In this document: piece after piece, positions 35,509 through 44,451 of the stretch
Numbering within the stretch: position 1 is the stretch's first letter
Layout of the letters: each line of letters starts with the position of its first letter
NCBI GenBank assembly: GCA_041661965.1
Contig: JBAZTH010000001.1
Span: 291,221-355,220, forward strand
Source of the DNA: Candidatus Margulisiibacteriota bacterium
GTDB taxonomy: Bacteria; Margulisbacteria; WOR-1; O2-12-FULL-45-9; XYB2-FULL-48-7
Reading direction: 5' to 3'
DNA: 64,000 nucleotides
Made by a program: the position numbers and the translations under genes
The notes under the pieces: model-generated
Seen by the model: the letters and a program-made list of their open reading frames with translations, nothing else
What the model was told of the DNA's origin: nothing
Databases searched by the model: none

Positions 35509-37295
35509 AAACAGCCATCTACACCCGAGTTAGCACCGAAGATCAAGTTCGCGAGGGGTATTCTCTTGAAGTTCAGAGGGAATATCTTCTTAACTACGCT
35601 AAACAGCAGGATTGCGAAGTGTTCGAGGTCTATTCGGACGAGGGGATTAGTGCCGGCACTACCGATCGCCCCGCTTTGCAAAAACTTCTCAAAGATGCCA
35701 AGGCGAAGAAATTCGAGCTGGTTATCGTTTATAAAATTGATCGTTTCAGCCGCCGACTCAAGGACCTAATTGGGCTTGTTGATCAGTTGGAGTCGTATGA
35801 GGTAGGGTTTAAGTCTGCTACCGAACCTTTTGATACCACCACCTCTGCTGGAAAGTTGATGTTTCAACAGCTTGGCAGTTTTGCTGAATTTGAACGGAAT
35901 CGTTTGGCCGAGAGAGTTTTCCCTGGTATGGTTAAAAGTATTCAAGGCGGGAACTGGCATGGTTCCCGAAATTGTCCGACCGGTTACGCTTACAACAAAG
36001 AAAAGAAGCTATTAGAGATCAATAAGCGGGAAGCCAACCTTGTTCGCTTGATTTACAGATTATATCTGGAAGGGAAAAGTACGACCGATATCGCTGAATA
36101 TCTGAATAAAAGTAAGCATGAAACAAGGGTGGGTCGGTATTTTTACCAAAAATATATAAGAGACATATTAAGAAATCGTATTTATATCGGTGAGATTGTT
36201 TGGAATAAGTACCATTACGATAAAAAGCAGAAAGTTGGCAAAGGGCATAAATATGTTAAGAACGATTCTTCAAAATGGATAGTTGCCAAGGGAAAACATC
36301 AACCGATTATTTCAGTAGAAGATTTCGAGAAGGTCCAGAAACTATTAAACGAAAACAACCTTGCGCCTGTTCGCAGGGTGCAAAAAAGTAAATTTGCCTT
36401 TAGTCGATTACTTTATTGCGAAAAGTGCAATTATCGTTTCTTCGGGGTTTCAAATATAGCTAATCATCGGACGGGTGAACGCAAAACCTGGTATCGTTGC
36501 GGTGGCCATCAACAGCGACATGTAAGATGTGGGACTGGAGCGATCAGAGAAGAAGTTTTAGAAATGGTGATTCTATCGGCTATTAATAATATGCTTGATT
36601 CCGATAGGTTAAAAGGGAGCCGATGGACGAGTATGACCGACCTCCAAAACCAATCAGAAACAAGCATTTCTAATGCTGACCTTGCCAGCATTAGAAATGC
36701 CCTAAAAGAGAACCGGGAAAAGCAGTTAAAATTAACCGATCTTTATCTCGGCCGGCACCTTTCCGAAGATACTTTTAAATTGAAAAATGAAGCTTTGCGA
36801 CAAGAGGAAGAGGTGCTCCGCTCAAAACTGGCCGGCCTCGAAATATTGTTGCTGGAAAAGGAAAATTCCTCCGACTATTTGGATAGGGTCAAGTCGTATC
36901 TTGCTTCCTACGACCCTCAAAAAAAGGCATTGAGCGCCGCCGATAAAAAACAAATTCTTGGTCTCTTTTTGAAGAAGATTGTTATTAAAAATGCCGCAAA
37001 AAGCGCCGCCGCCGCGTCCCGAATTGTCCCTTTTTTTTATTCCCCGTTCAACAAGCTGAATTTAGAAGAAGGAAGTGCAATAAATGGCAACAGAAAAGGA
37101 AAATTCGCGCCGATATTATATCAAGACCTATGGATGCCAGATGAACGTCGCCGACTCTTCAAAATTGGCGGAGGTCCTCGAAGAATATGGCTACCAGAGG
37201 GGAGAGAGCGAAGAGACAGCCGACATTCTTCTGATCAATACCTGCGTTGTCCGCCAGGGGGCGGAAGACCGGGCCGCCTGGTATGTGATGTCTAG
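35505..37295 (+). CDS. Large serine recombinase (resolvase catalytic domain, recombinase domain, zinc ribbon, coiled coil). The ORF reads through the right inverted repeat into miaB.
   Basis: MKTAIYTRVSTEDQVREGYSLEVQ…VIVYKIDRFSRRLKD (catalytic Ser motif). Cys cluster CEKCNYRF…YRCGG. Coiled-coil tail. No stop until 37295, so the last ~70 codons are encoded by the repeat and miaB 5' sequence and are probably not functional. Confidence 0.75.
   Translation: MKTAIYTRVSTEDQVREGYSLEVQREYLLNYAKQQDCEVFEVYSDEGISAGTTDRPALQKLLKDAKAKKFELVIVYKIDRFSRRLKDLIGLVDQLESYEVGFKSATEPFDTTTSAGKLMFQQLGSFAEFERNRLAERVFPGMVKSIQGGNWHGSRNCPTGYAYNKEKKLLEINKREANLVRLIYRLYLEGKSTTDIAEYLNKSKHETRVGRYFYQKYIRDILRNRIYIGEIVWNKYHYDKKQKVGKGHKYVKNDSSKWIVAKGKHQPIISVEDFEKVQKLLNENNLAPVRRVQKSKFAFSRLLYCEKCNYRFFGVSNIANHRTGERKTWYRCGGHQQRHVRCGTGAIREEVLEMVILSAINNMLDSDRLKGSRWTSMTDLQNQSETSISNADLASIRNALKENREKQLKLTDLYLGRHLSEDTFKLKNEALRQEEEVLRSKLAGLEILLLEKENSSDYLDRVKSYLASYDPQKKALSAADKKQILGLFLKKIVIKNAAKSAAAASRIVPFFYSPFNKLNLEEGSAINGNRKGKFAPILYQDLWMPDERRRLFKIGGGPRRIWLPEGRERRDSRHSSDQYLRCPPGGGRPGRLVCDV
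36988..37136 (+). repeat. Right arm of the ~149-bp inverted repeat, containing the miaB RBS, start codon and first 18 codons
   Basis: Identical to the reverse complement of 35054–35202. Confidence 0.85.
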
Positions 37296-38232
37296 CAAGG
37301 GATTGAAGGAGAAACATCCCGGGGTGATGATTGGGTTATGCGGTTGTATTGTTAATGAACCGGGGCGAGATATTAAAAAAGACTTTCCTCACATTGATTT
37401 TTTTATTCCACCTCATAGTCCTAATAAATTAAAAGAGTTTTTATCCTCTTTATCCCACTTTCCCCCTTCCCCCTTAATAAGGGGGAAGGGGACAGGGGAT
37501 AGGGGTGGAGTGGTGGGTGAGGGGCGCCATGAAGACGTTACATACATTACTGTAATGACCGGTTGTAACAACTACTGTTCGTATTGTGTCGTTCCTTATG
37601 TTCGGGGGCCGGAAGTTAGCCGGCCGATGGCCGAGGTCCTGGCCGAAATTGAACAGGTGATGAATGGGGGAGCAAAAAATATTATTCTTCTAGGCCAGAA
37701 CGTCAACGCTTATCAATACGGATTAGCTAATCTATTAGAAAATATTGCTTTCGCGACTAAACGTCGCGGTTCCGAGTCCTTACGAGTTGGCTTTTTAACT
37801 TCCCATCCCAAAGATATGTCCGATGAGATCATTGAGTCTGCCGCTCGCTTCCCTTTTATTGCCCGGGAGTTTATTATGCCGCTCCAATCCGGGGATGACG
37901 CGATCTTGGAAAAGATGAGACGCGGTTATACTCTCGATTATTTCCGGGGCCGGGTTAATAAGCTCCGGGAATTGATGCCGGACGTGCGGCTGGTCTCTGA
38001 TCTGATTGTCGGTTTTCCCGGTGAAACTGACGCCCAGTTTGAAGCGACCCTGCGGGCGGTCGAAGAGTTCCGGTTCTCGGCGGTCAATATGTTTGCTTAT
38101 TCTCCCCGACCGGAGACCGACGCGGCCAAGTTCCCCGGCCAGTTGTCGGAAGAAGTTCGGCAGAAGCGGCTCAAGCGCCTGATAACCCTGGTCCGCTCCA
38201 CAGTAAAACCCCGGCAATCCCTTGTCAACTAA
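37084..38232 (+). CDS. miaB: MiaB-family radical-SAM methylthiotransferase (MTTase N-domain and CxxxCxxC core). The C-terminal TRAM domain appears to lie in the +1 frame (frameshift or pseudogene-like 3' end).
   Basis: YYIKTYGCQMNVADS…; radical-SAM box CNNYCSYCVVPY. The ORF stops at 382 aa, but a TRAM-like continuation (GVLTIDSRSKSDKITIV…FGFREYVRLVD) lies in the +1 frame at 38206–38394. Confidence 0.7.
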   Translation: MATEKENSRRYYIKTYGCQMNVADSSKLAEVLEEYGYQRGESEETADILLINTCVVRQGAEDRAAWYVMSSKGLKEKHPGVMIGLCGCIVNEPGRDIKKDFPHIDFFIPPHSPNKLKEFLSSLSHFPPSPLIRGKGTGDRGGVVGEGRHEDVTYITVMTGCNNYCSYCVVPYVRGPEVSRPMAEVLAEIEQVMNGGAKNIILLGQNVNAYQYGLANLLENIAFATKRRGSESLRVGFLTSHPKDMSDEIIESAARFPFIAREFIMPLQSGDDAILEKMRRGYTLDYFRGRVNKLRELMPDVRLVSDLIVGFPGETDAQFEATLRAVEEFRFSAVNMFAYSPRPETDAAKFPGQLSEEVRQKRLKRLITLVRSTVKPRQSLVN

Positions 38233-38461
38233 GGGGGTATTGACTATTGACAGCCGGTCGAAATCAGATAAAATTACCATCGTTAAAGAGAATTTCACGG
38301 TCAGCGGCGGTTTGAACGTTATCGAAACGAAATTCTTCGGTTTCCGGGAATACGTCCGGCTCGTTGATAATGATAAAAAAATAAATTGGGGGTGAATAGA
38401 AGATAGCTGTTGGATCAAAGATCGCGTACTATTAAAAAAGTTGATTAAGGAGGAAAAGAAG

Positions 38462-39985
38462 ATGAGAAAAGTCATCGCGGTGATAATTGGTTTATGTCTT
38501 ATTGGGTCGCTTGGGGTTTTAATAACGGGGTGCGGGCAATCGACCCCGACCATTAATACCTCTAATTCCCAGCCTAATGGTTTGAAGATCAAAGGAGTGG
38601 TTCGGGGCTACACTATATCCGGGTCGGTTGGCGATCCGGTGGCCAACGCCGTGGTCGCCCTTTCCGGCGACAGCGTCAATAAAACGGTTGTGACCAACGC
38701 GGTTGGGGAATATTTAATTGAGGGGATCCCCGACGGAGTTTACAATTTGATCACTACCGCGGAGGGCTATTCTCGAGATCGAAATAATGGCGTCACCATC
38801 AAACCGACCAGCGGGGTTCCGGCCGATAATACTATTACCGTCTCCGACATTTTATTAAATTCGAATCCGATCGTGACCGCTTATTTGCCCCTGCCGAACA
38901 CGATCATTGCCAGTGACCAGGCTTTTACCGTCACCTTCAACGAACCGATGGACACCTCGACCGTGACCTTTACGCTTGCTCCTTCCGGTGTCAGGACCTT
39001 TGTCGCGACCAGCGGCGCGGTGCCGATCAACGTTGCCTGGAACGCGACCAATTCTATCGCGACCATTACTCCGGTCAGCAATTTGATCGTTAATAATACG
39101 TATACTTTAACCGCTTCTCCGAGCGCTAAGGACCTCTCCGGGTTTACGATTGGCACTTCGGCCGATCAGGCGCTGGCCTTGAGCCAGCTCTACCGCGTTT
39201 CAACGGGCGGCGTGCCGGCGGGAGCGGGGGATATCAGCTTTTCAATTGGCGGGACGACGCTTGAAGCGGCGACTTTCGCTAATGTTTTCGGTGCCGGGGC
39301 TTTGAACATATATTGGAACCCGGCGTCAGGTGTTGTGACCGGTTATCGGATCTACGTGGCCAACAGCGCGACCGGCAACTATACTCTGTTGACGACCTCG
39401 ACTGTCAACTATGCTACCCCCTCAATGAACAGCGTCTTAACCGCTCTTTATGGCACTACCAATATCGATCCAATCTCGACCGGCGCTAATTATCCTCTGA
39501 TCAATACCCCTTTATATCTTAAGATCATTGCTTACAACGGTGACGGGGAATCGGGAGCGGTCGCGAGCGGCGCTCTGCAGTATAAGAAAGGCCCGGCGGT
39601 TATCGAAGGACACGGCTGGAACAACGCCAATTTTACCACTGCCCACGCTAACGCCAACAATTATGTGCTGGGCGACTCAACCAATCGACTGGCCTCAACT
39701 AACGAGGCCTATATAGGCTTTGATACGCCGCTTGTTTCTTCGACCGTGACCGCCGCGAACTTTACGATCGCCGGCGGCTCGGTAACGGCGGCGACGCTTC
39801 TTACCAATCATACGGCCGATCTTGATCCGGCTGCGTATTGGACAGGAGCGAATCTTCGTTCGATCGTTAAAATAACGGCTGACGTGACCGTTTACGGCAA
39901 CACGATCGAAGCTGGGACGGCGGTTAAAGATTTAGCCGGGAACAGCGTTCGGTCCGGATCAACTTCGACGATCGTTACAAACTAA
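38462..39985 (+). CDS. Surface lipoprotein with carboxypeptidase-regulatory-like and Ig-like (SbsA/Big-type) domains
   Basis: Lipobox LITGC. Repetitive Thr/Ala/Asn-rich β-sandwich-like sequence. RBS AGGAGG upstream of the ATG at 38462. Confidence 0.6.
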   Translation: MRKVIAVIIGLCLIGSLGVLITGCGQSTPTINTSNSQPNGLKIKGVVRGYTISGSVGDPVANAVVALSGDSVNKTVVTNAVGEYLIEGIPDGVYNLITTAEGYSRDRNNGVTIKPTSGVPADNTITVSDILLNSNPIVTAYLPLPNTIIASDQAFTVTFNEPMDTSTVTFTLAPSGVRTFVATSGAVPINVAWNATNSIATITPVSNLIVNNTYTLTASPSAKDLSGFTIGTSADQALALSQLYRVSTGGVPAGAGDISFSIGGTTLEAATFANVFGAGALNIYWNPASGVVTGYRIYVANSATGNYTLLTTSTVNYATPSMNSVLTALYGTTNIDPISTGANYPLINTPLYLKIIAYNGDGESGAVASGALQYKKGPAVIEGHGWNNANFTTAHANANNYVLGDSTNRLASTNEAYIGFDTPLVSSTVTAANFTIAGGSVTAATLLTNHTADLDPAAYWTGANLRSIVKITADVTVYGNTIEAGTAVKDLAGNSVRSGSTSTIVTN

Positions 39986-39992
39986 GTTCAAA

Positions 39993-40034
39993 CCCTCCCA
40001 CCCTGAATCAGCTTAGGGTGGGAGGGCGTTTCAT
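39993..40034 (+). terminator. Putative rho-independent terminator
   Basis: CCCTCCCACCCTgaatcagcttAGGGTGGGAGGG followed by a T-rich tract. Confidence 0.55.
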
Positions 40035-40051
40035 TAATAAAAGGAAATGCG

Positions 40052-41572
40052 ATGATAAAAAAACTTGCCGTAATATTTTCAGTTGTTTTCCTGACTGCTT
40101 CCTTGGCTTATGGAGCGGAAAAAACGGCGGTGAAAAAGGCCCCGGTCAAAACTACTGTAAAGAAAGCTGCGGCCTTGCCTCCAGTTGCGGTTGTTTCAAC
40201 TTCGGAAGCGCCGGTCAAAAAGCTAATTACTTTCAAAGACCTGAAGAAGGGCCCGGCTTACGACTTTGTCATGAAAATGGTCAATGATTATCAGGTGATC
40301 TCCGGTTATCCGGACGGGACCTTCAAAGGGACCAAGACGATCAACCGGGCGGAGTTTGCCAAGATCGTGACCAACGCCCTCGATTATGTGGAAAAGAAAT
40401 ATGAGATATCTTTAGCCGATGAGCCGGCCGATTCAAATGTGACTTTTAAGGATTTTAAGGCCAAACACTGGGCCTATCCTTTCGCTTCAAAACTTATTGC
40501 CAAATACAAGCTCTTCTCCGGTTATCCGGATGGAACTTTTAAGCCCGGCAAGACGATCAACCGTTTTGAGATGGCGACGGTCCTCTCCAAAACCTTGAGG
40601 TTGATCTATGATCGTTGCGAAGTGACCATGCCCCAGCCGTCGAGCAAAGAGGTGGTCGCGCTCAAAGACGTAAAAAAGAACCACTGGGCGATGAAAGATA
40701 TTCAGCTGATGCTTTATACCAAGATCATGACGGCGACCTCCGCGAACAAACTGAAATATTTCAAGGGGAACGCCAATGTCAATCGCTATGATGTGGCGAT
40801 CGCCGGCGTTAAACTAATCAAGCTATCCGACTCGGCAATCGCTTCTCTTTCGGCCGAAAAGCTGGCCGCCCTCCGCAAGAAGAGCGCCGGTCCGGCGGCT
40901 GCCGCGCTCCCGGACGAAAAGGACTTGATCGCGAAATCGGTTGTTATTCCAAGTAAACCGCAAACATCGCTGGCCGGCGGCTACGGCGGGGTATACGAGA
41001 AGGGCTCGGCAACCGATAATTGGCGCGGCTTAAGCCTGGCTGGAACTTACGCCGACAAGTTTTCAGTTTTAGGGCTTTCCGGTAACTACGAGATGACCGG
41101 CAAATATGGTTATAATCAGGTTGTTTACACCGTGCCTAATAGCAACGGGGGGGGCGGCCTATCCGCTTCGATCAATAACGAACACCGCCTGGAGCTGGAA
41201 GCGAATACCACCTATCCAGTGCTTGATTTCTACGGAATTAAAGGGAAGGTTCTGCTTGGAGCTAAGCATTTTTACTTGCGGAACGAATCGGCTCCGTCCA
41301 GTTTTACCGGCTTTAACGCCGGGGTGGTCAGTAGCGCCAAGATTTGGGATCGCGATCTGCTGGTCAAAGCTTTCTATTCGTTGCCGCTGATCAGGACCCA
41401 GCTGACCCCGTCAGTTCAGGGCCAGCCGATCCAGCTTTTCGATTACGAAGCTTCGGTTAACGCCACGGTCTTTGACTTGCCGATGCTAGTCGGCCTGACC
41501 GGCGAGACGATGCTCTTCTCCGGCGGCGATAATCGCTACTATAATATGCTCTTTGCCAGATATTTCTTGTAG
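40052..41572 (+). CDS. OmpM-like outer-membrane protein: signal peptide, three S-layer-homology (SLH) domains, C-terminal β-barrel
   Basis: Three SLH motifs (FKDLKKGPAYDFVMKMVNDYQVISGYPDGTFKGTKTINRAEFAKIV; FKDFKAKHWAYPFASKLIAKYKLFSGYPDGTFKPGKTINRFEMATVL; a third at about aa 205). C-terminal half rich in Gly/Tyr/aromatic residues and ends …FARYFL. Confidence 0.6.
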   Translation: MIKKLAVIFSVVFLTASLAYGAEKTAVKKAPVKTTVKKAAALPPVAVVSTSEAPVKKLITFKDLKKGPAYDFVMKMVNDYQVISGYPDGTFKGTKTINRAEFAKIVTNALDYVEKKYEISLADEPADSNVTFKDFKAKHWAYPFASKLIAKYKLFSGYPDGTFKPGKTINRFEMATVLSKTLRLIYDRCEVTMPQPSSKEVVALKDVKKNHWAMKDIQLMLYTKIMTATSANKLKYFKGNANVNRYDVAIAGVKLIKLSDSAIASLSAEKLAALRKKSAGPAAAALPDEKDLIAKSVVIPSKPQTSLAGGYGGVYEKGSATDNWRGLSLAGTYADKFSVLGLSGNYEMTGKYGYNQVVYTVPNSNGGGGLSASINNEHRLELEANTTYPVLDFYGIKGKVLLGAKHFYLRNESAPSSFTGFNAGVVSSAKIWDRDLLVKAFYSLPLIRTQLTPSVQGQPIQLFDYEASVNATVFDLPMLVGLTGETMLFSGGDNRYYNMLFARYFL

Positions 41573-41584
41573 GGTTAAGAGGAA

Positions 41585-41620
41585 TAATTTATTGCTTAAA
41601 GCTGTAAGCTTACAGCTTTA
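41585..41620 (+). terminator. Rho-independent terminator
   Basis: TTAAAGCTGTAAGCTTACAGCTTTAA followed by GCTTTTTTA. Confidence 0.65.
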
Positions 41621-41682
41621 AGCTTTTTTATTATATTGCTCCGTATCTTCTTTATTGCTATAATCAAATCGGAGGGAAATTA

Positions 41683-42624
41683 ATGATACAAAACTCAAAT
41701 CTTTGTGTTTTTTCCGGTACTTCCCATCCCGTTCTCGGCGATAAGATTGTTGAATATCTCGGTCTTAAAAAGGGGGAGATTAAGATTTCCCGCTTTGCCG
41801 GCGGCGAGATCTACGCCCGCCTGCTCGATAACGTCCGCGGCCATTCCGCGGTTATCATCCAGACCTGCACGGAAGAGGTAAACGAGAACCTGATGGAGCT
41901 ATTCATTATAATAGACGCGATGAAGAGAGCGTCGGCCAAGTCGATTACCGCGGTGATCCCGCATTTCGGTTATGCCCGCCAGGACCGCAAAGCCGCCTCC
42001 CGTGAGCCGATCTCGGCCAGGCTGGTCGCCAATCTTTTGGAGACCGCCGGCGCCGACCGGATCATTGCCATGGACCTTCATTCCGACCAAATCCAGGGTT
42101 TTTTCAACATCCCGGTCGATACCTTGACCGCGTTGCCGCTCTTTACTACATATATTAAGGAAAAGAAGCTCAAGGACCCGGTTGTTGTCGCGCCGGACAC
42201 CGGCCGGGCCAAGGTCGCCAAGAAAATGGCCGATCGGATCGGCGCCAGCTTGGCGATCCTGCACAAGGTCCGTTCCGGCCACCACCAGTCCGAAGTCACC
42301 CACGTTGTCGGTGAGGTCAAAGGGAAGACCGTTATTATTACCGACGACATGATCGATACCGCCGGGACGGTGACGAGCGGGGTCGACGTTCTGCGCAAAG
42401 AAGGGTGCAACGATGAGATCTACATTGCCGCCACGCACGGGATCTTTTCCGGGCCGGCGGTTGACCGGATGAACAAAGCCGGTTTTGCCGAGGTGATCAT
42501 CAGCGATTCCCTGCCGATCAATAAACCGATCAAAAACCTGAAGATCCTTTCGACCGCGGGCTTGCTCGGTGAAGCGATCAAGCGTAATTACGCCAATCAG
42601 TCGATCAGTTCGCTTTTTGATTAA
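41683..42624 (+). CDS. prs: Ribose-phosphate pyrophosphokinase (PRPP synthetase)
   Basis: Conserved PRS sequence throughout (…HFGYARQDRK…, DLHSDQIQGFF, VVGEVKGKTVIITDDMIDTAGT). Putative promoter TTGCTC-17-TATAAT upstream. Confidence 0.9.
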   Translation: MIQNSNLCVFSGTSHPVLGDKIVEYLGLKKGEIKISRFAGGEIYARLLDNVRGHSAVIIQTCTEEVNENLMELFIIIDAMKRASAKSITAVIPHFGYARQDRKAASREPISARLVANLLETAGADRIIAMDLHSDQIQGFFNIPVDTLTALPLFTTYIKEKKLKDPVVVAPDTGRAKVAKKMADRIGASLAILHKVRSGHHQSEVTHVVGEVKGKTVIITDDMIDTAGTVTSGVDVLRKEGCNDEIYIAATHGIFSGPAVDRMNKAGFAEVIISDSLPINKPIKNLKILSTAGLLGEAIKRNYANQSISSLFD

Positions 42625-42627
42625 ATT

Positions 42628-43872
42628 ATGAAGCAAATCAATATCGGGATAATTGGTTTAGGGGTCGTTGGAGCGGCGGTCGCGGAAGTTCTTCATAAGA
42701 ACGCGTCGGCTATTGCCGCGCAGTCCGGCCTCCAACTAAAAGTTAAGAAGGGGTGCGATCTCCGTAAAGTCAAAGTTCCTTGCCCGGTGACGACCGACGC
42801 TTATGCTCTGATCAATGACCCGGAGATCTCCATTATCGTCGAGACAATGGGGGGCGTCAATCCGGCCAAGAAATTTATCCTTGACGCGATTGCCGCCGGA
42901 AAACATATTGTTACCTCCAATAAAGAATTGATCGCCCTCCACCAAGACGAAATCATTGCCGCTGCCCGAGAGCGTAACGTTTCCGTGCTATATGAAGCGT
43001 CGGTTGGCGGAGGCGTGCCAATCCTAGCCGCTTTACGCCGTAATCTGGCCGGCAACGTCCTGTCGGAAGTCTACGGTATCGTTAACGGAACGACCAATTA
43101 TATTCTCTCAACTATGTCGGAAGAAGGGAAAGAATTTTCCGATGCCTTAAAAGAGGCGCAGGCCAAAGGCTTTGCCGAAGCCAATCCGAAAAAAGATATC
43201 GAGGGCTACGATGCCGCTTATAAAACGGTCATTTTGGCGGCCGAGGCTTTTGGCGCCCGGGTGAAAATGGATGCCGTTTTCCGTGAAGGGATCGAAAAGA
43301 TCACGATCGAAGATATTTGCTATGCCAGGGAGATCGGCTACGCGATCAAGCTCCTGGCGATCGCTAAAGAGAGCGCCGGTTCAGTCGATGTCCGGGTCCA
43401 TCCGGCGCTGGTTCCTTTGGCTCATCCGCTGGCCGGGATCAGGCAGAATTTCAACGCGATCTACGTGAAGGGTTTCCCGATCGGCGAGCTGATGTTTTAT
43501 GGGCCGGGGGCGGGGGGGAATCCGACCGCCTCGGCGGTCATTGCCGATATCATAGAATTAGGGCAGACCGGACGGGTTTTTCGCCGTGAGATCAAGGCGG
43601 CGACGGTCAAAAAGATCGACGACATTAAGGCCCGATATTACCTGCGGCTCCAGGTCTCCGATAAGGTCGGGGTTCTGGCCTCTATTGCCAAGGTTTTCGC
43701 GGAGAAAAGCGTCAGTATTGCCGCGGTTATCCAAAAGGAGACCGCCCAGAATACCACCACGCTCGTCATTATGCTTGATGAATCGAGCGAAAAGAACATC
43801 CAATCGGCCTTAAATTCGATCAAAAAACTGTCAGTGGTCCACCGCCTCGGCAATCTGATTCGGATTTTGTAA
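42628..43872 (+). CDS. hom: Homoserine dehydrogenase with C-terminal ACT domain
   Basis: NAD-binding GIIGLGVVGAAV; catalytic core; ACT-like C-terminus (YYLRLQVSDKVGVLASIAKVFAEKSVSIAAV). Confidence 0.85.
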   Translation: MKQINIGIIGLGVVGAAVAEVLHKNASAIAAQSGLQLKVKKGCDLRKVKVPCPVTTDAYALINDPEISIIVETMGGVNPAKKFILDAIAAGKHIVTSNKELIALHQDEIIAAARERNVSVLYEASVGGGVPILAALRRNLAGNVLSEVYGIVNGTTNYILSTMSEEGKEFSDALKEAQAKGFAEANPKKDIEGYDAAYKTVILAAEAFGARVKMDAVFREGIEKITIEDICYAREIGYAIKLLAIAKESAGSVDVRVHPALVPLAHPLAGIRQNFNAIYVKGFPIGELMFYGPGAGGNPTASAVIADIIELGQTGRVFRREIKAATVKKIDDIKARYYLRLQVSDKVGVLASIAKVFAEKSVSIAAVIQKETAQNTTTLVIMLDESSEKNIQSALNSIKKLSVVHRLGNLIRIL

Positions 43873-43879
43873 CCCTCTC

Positions 43880-43985
43880 CCACCGTTCCGAGAATCGGAA
43901 CGGTCCCCCCTCTCCATCGAAGATGGAGAGGGGCGGAAAAGGCTTTTAATTTGGCCTTCTCCACGAAGTGGAGAAGGGGGACCGT
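43880..43985 (+). terminator. Three consecutive stem-loops after hom (terminator/insulator-like)
   Basis: CCGTTCCGAgaatCGGAACGG; CCTCTCCATCgaaGATGGAGAGG; CTTCTCCACgaaGTGGAGAAG. Confidence 0.5.
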
Positions 43986-44023
43986 CGCCGAAGGCGATGG
44001 TGGATGAGGTGGCAAATTCCGTA

Positions 44024-44051
44024 TTGACAAGTTTTCCCGTTTGCAGTAGAA
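44024..44051 (+). promoter_or_regulatory. Sigma-70-like promoter (TTGACA, 16-nt spacer, TAGAAT) for the rpmG–tRNA-Trp–secE–nusG… cluster
   Basis: Near-consensus hexamers about 135 nt upstream of rpmG. Confidence 0.55.
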
Positions 44052-44186
44052 TAATAAGGTTGTTGTGCCGTTTGGGATAGCGAGCCAAACCTTCCAAAGA
44101 TGCTGGAAGGGTCACAAATCTCCCTATTTTTTCCCGATGAAATCGGGGAGCGGGGGAGTTTGTGTTTTTTTATTGGGAGAAATAAA

Positions 44187-44336
44187 ATGAGAGAAATAAT
44201 TACCATGGTTTGCGGTGAATGTAAACGGAAGAATTACACAACCACCAAGAACAGAAAAACGACCAAAGAAAGAATTGAACTGACGAAGTTTTGCAAGTGG
44301 GACCGGAAACATACGGCGCATAAAGAGGAAAAGTAA
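44187..44336 (+). CDS. rpmG: 50S ribosomal protein L33
   Basis: [47 protein letters not shown] (C4 zinc-ribbon L33). Confidence 0.85.
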   Translation: MREIITMVCGECKRKNYTTTKNRKTTKERIELTKFCKWDRKHTAHKEEK

Positions 44337-44361
44337 AGGGCTAAAGCTCGCGGGTTCTTCT

Positions 44362-44433
44362 GGGAGTGTCGGTTAATGGCAAACCACTGGTCTCCAAAAC
44401 CAGGACTGGGGGTTCAAGTCCCTCCACTCCCGG
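44362..44433 (+). tRNA. tRNA-Trp (anticodon CCA)
   Basis: GGGAGTG…CACTCCC acceptor stem; anticodon loop CTCCAAAAC; T-arm GGTTCAAGTCC. Canonical position between rpmG and secE. Confidence 0.85.
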
Positions 44434-44451
44434 TTTTAAATTTGGCAAGTT

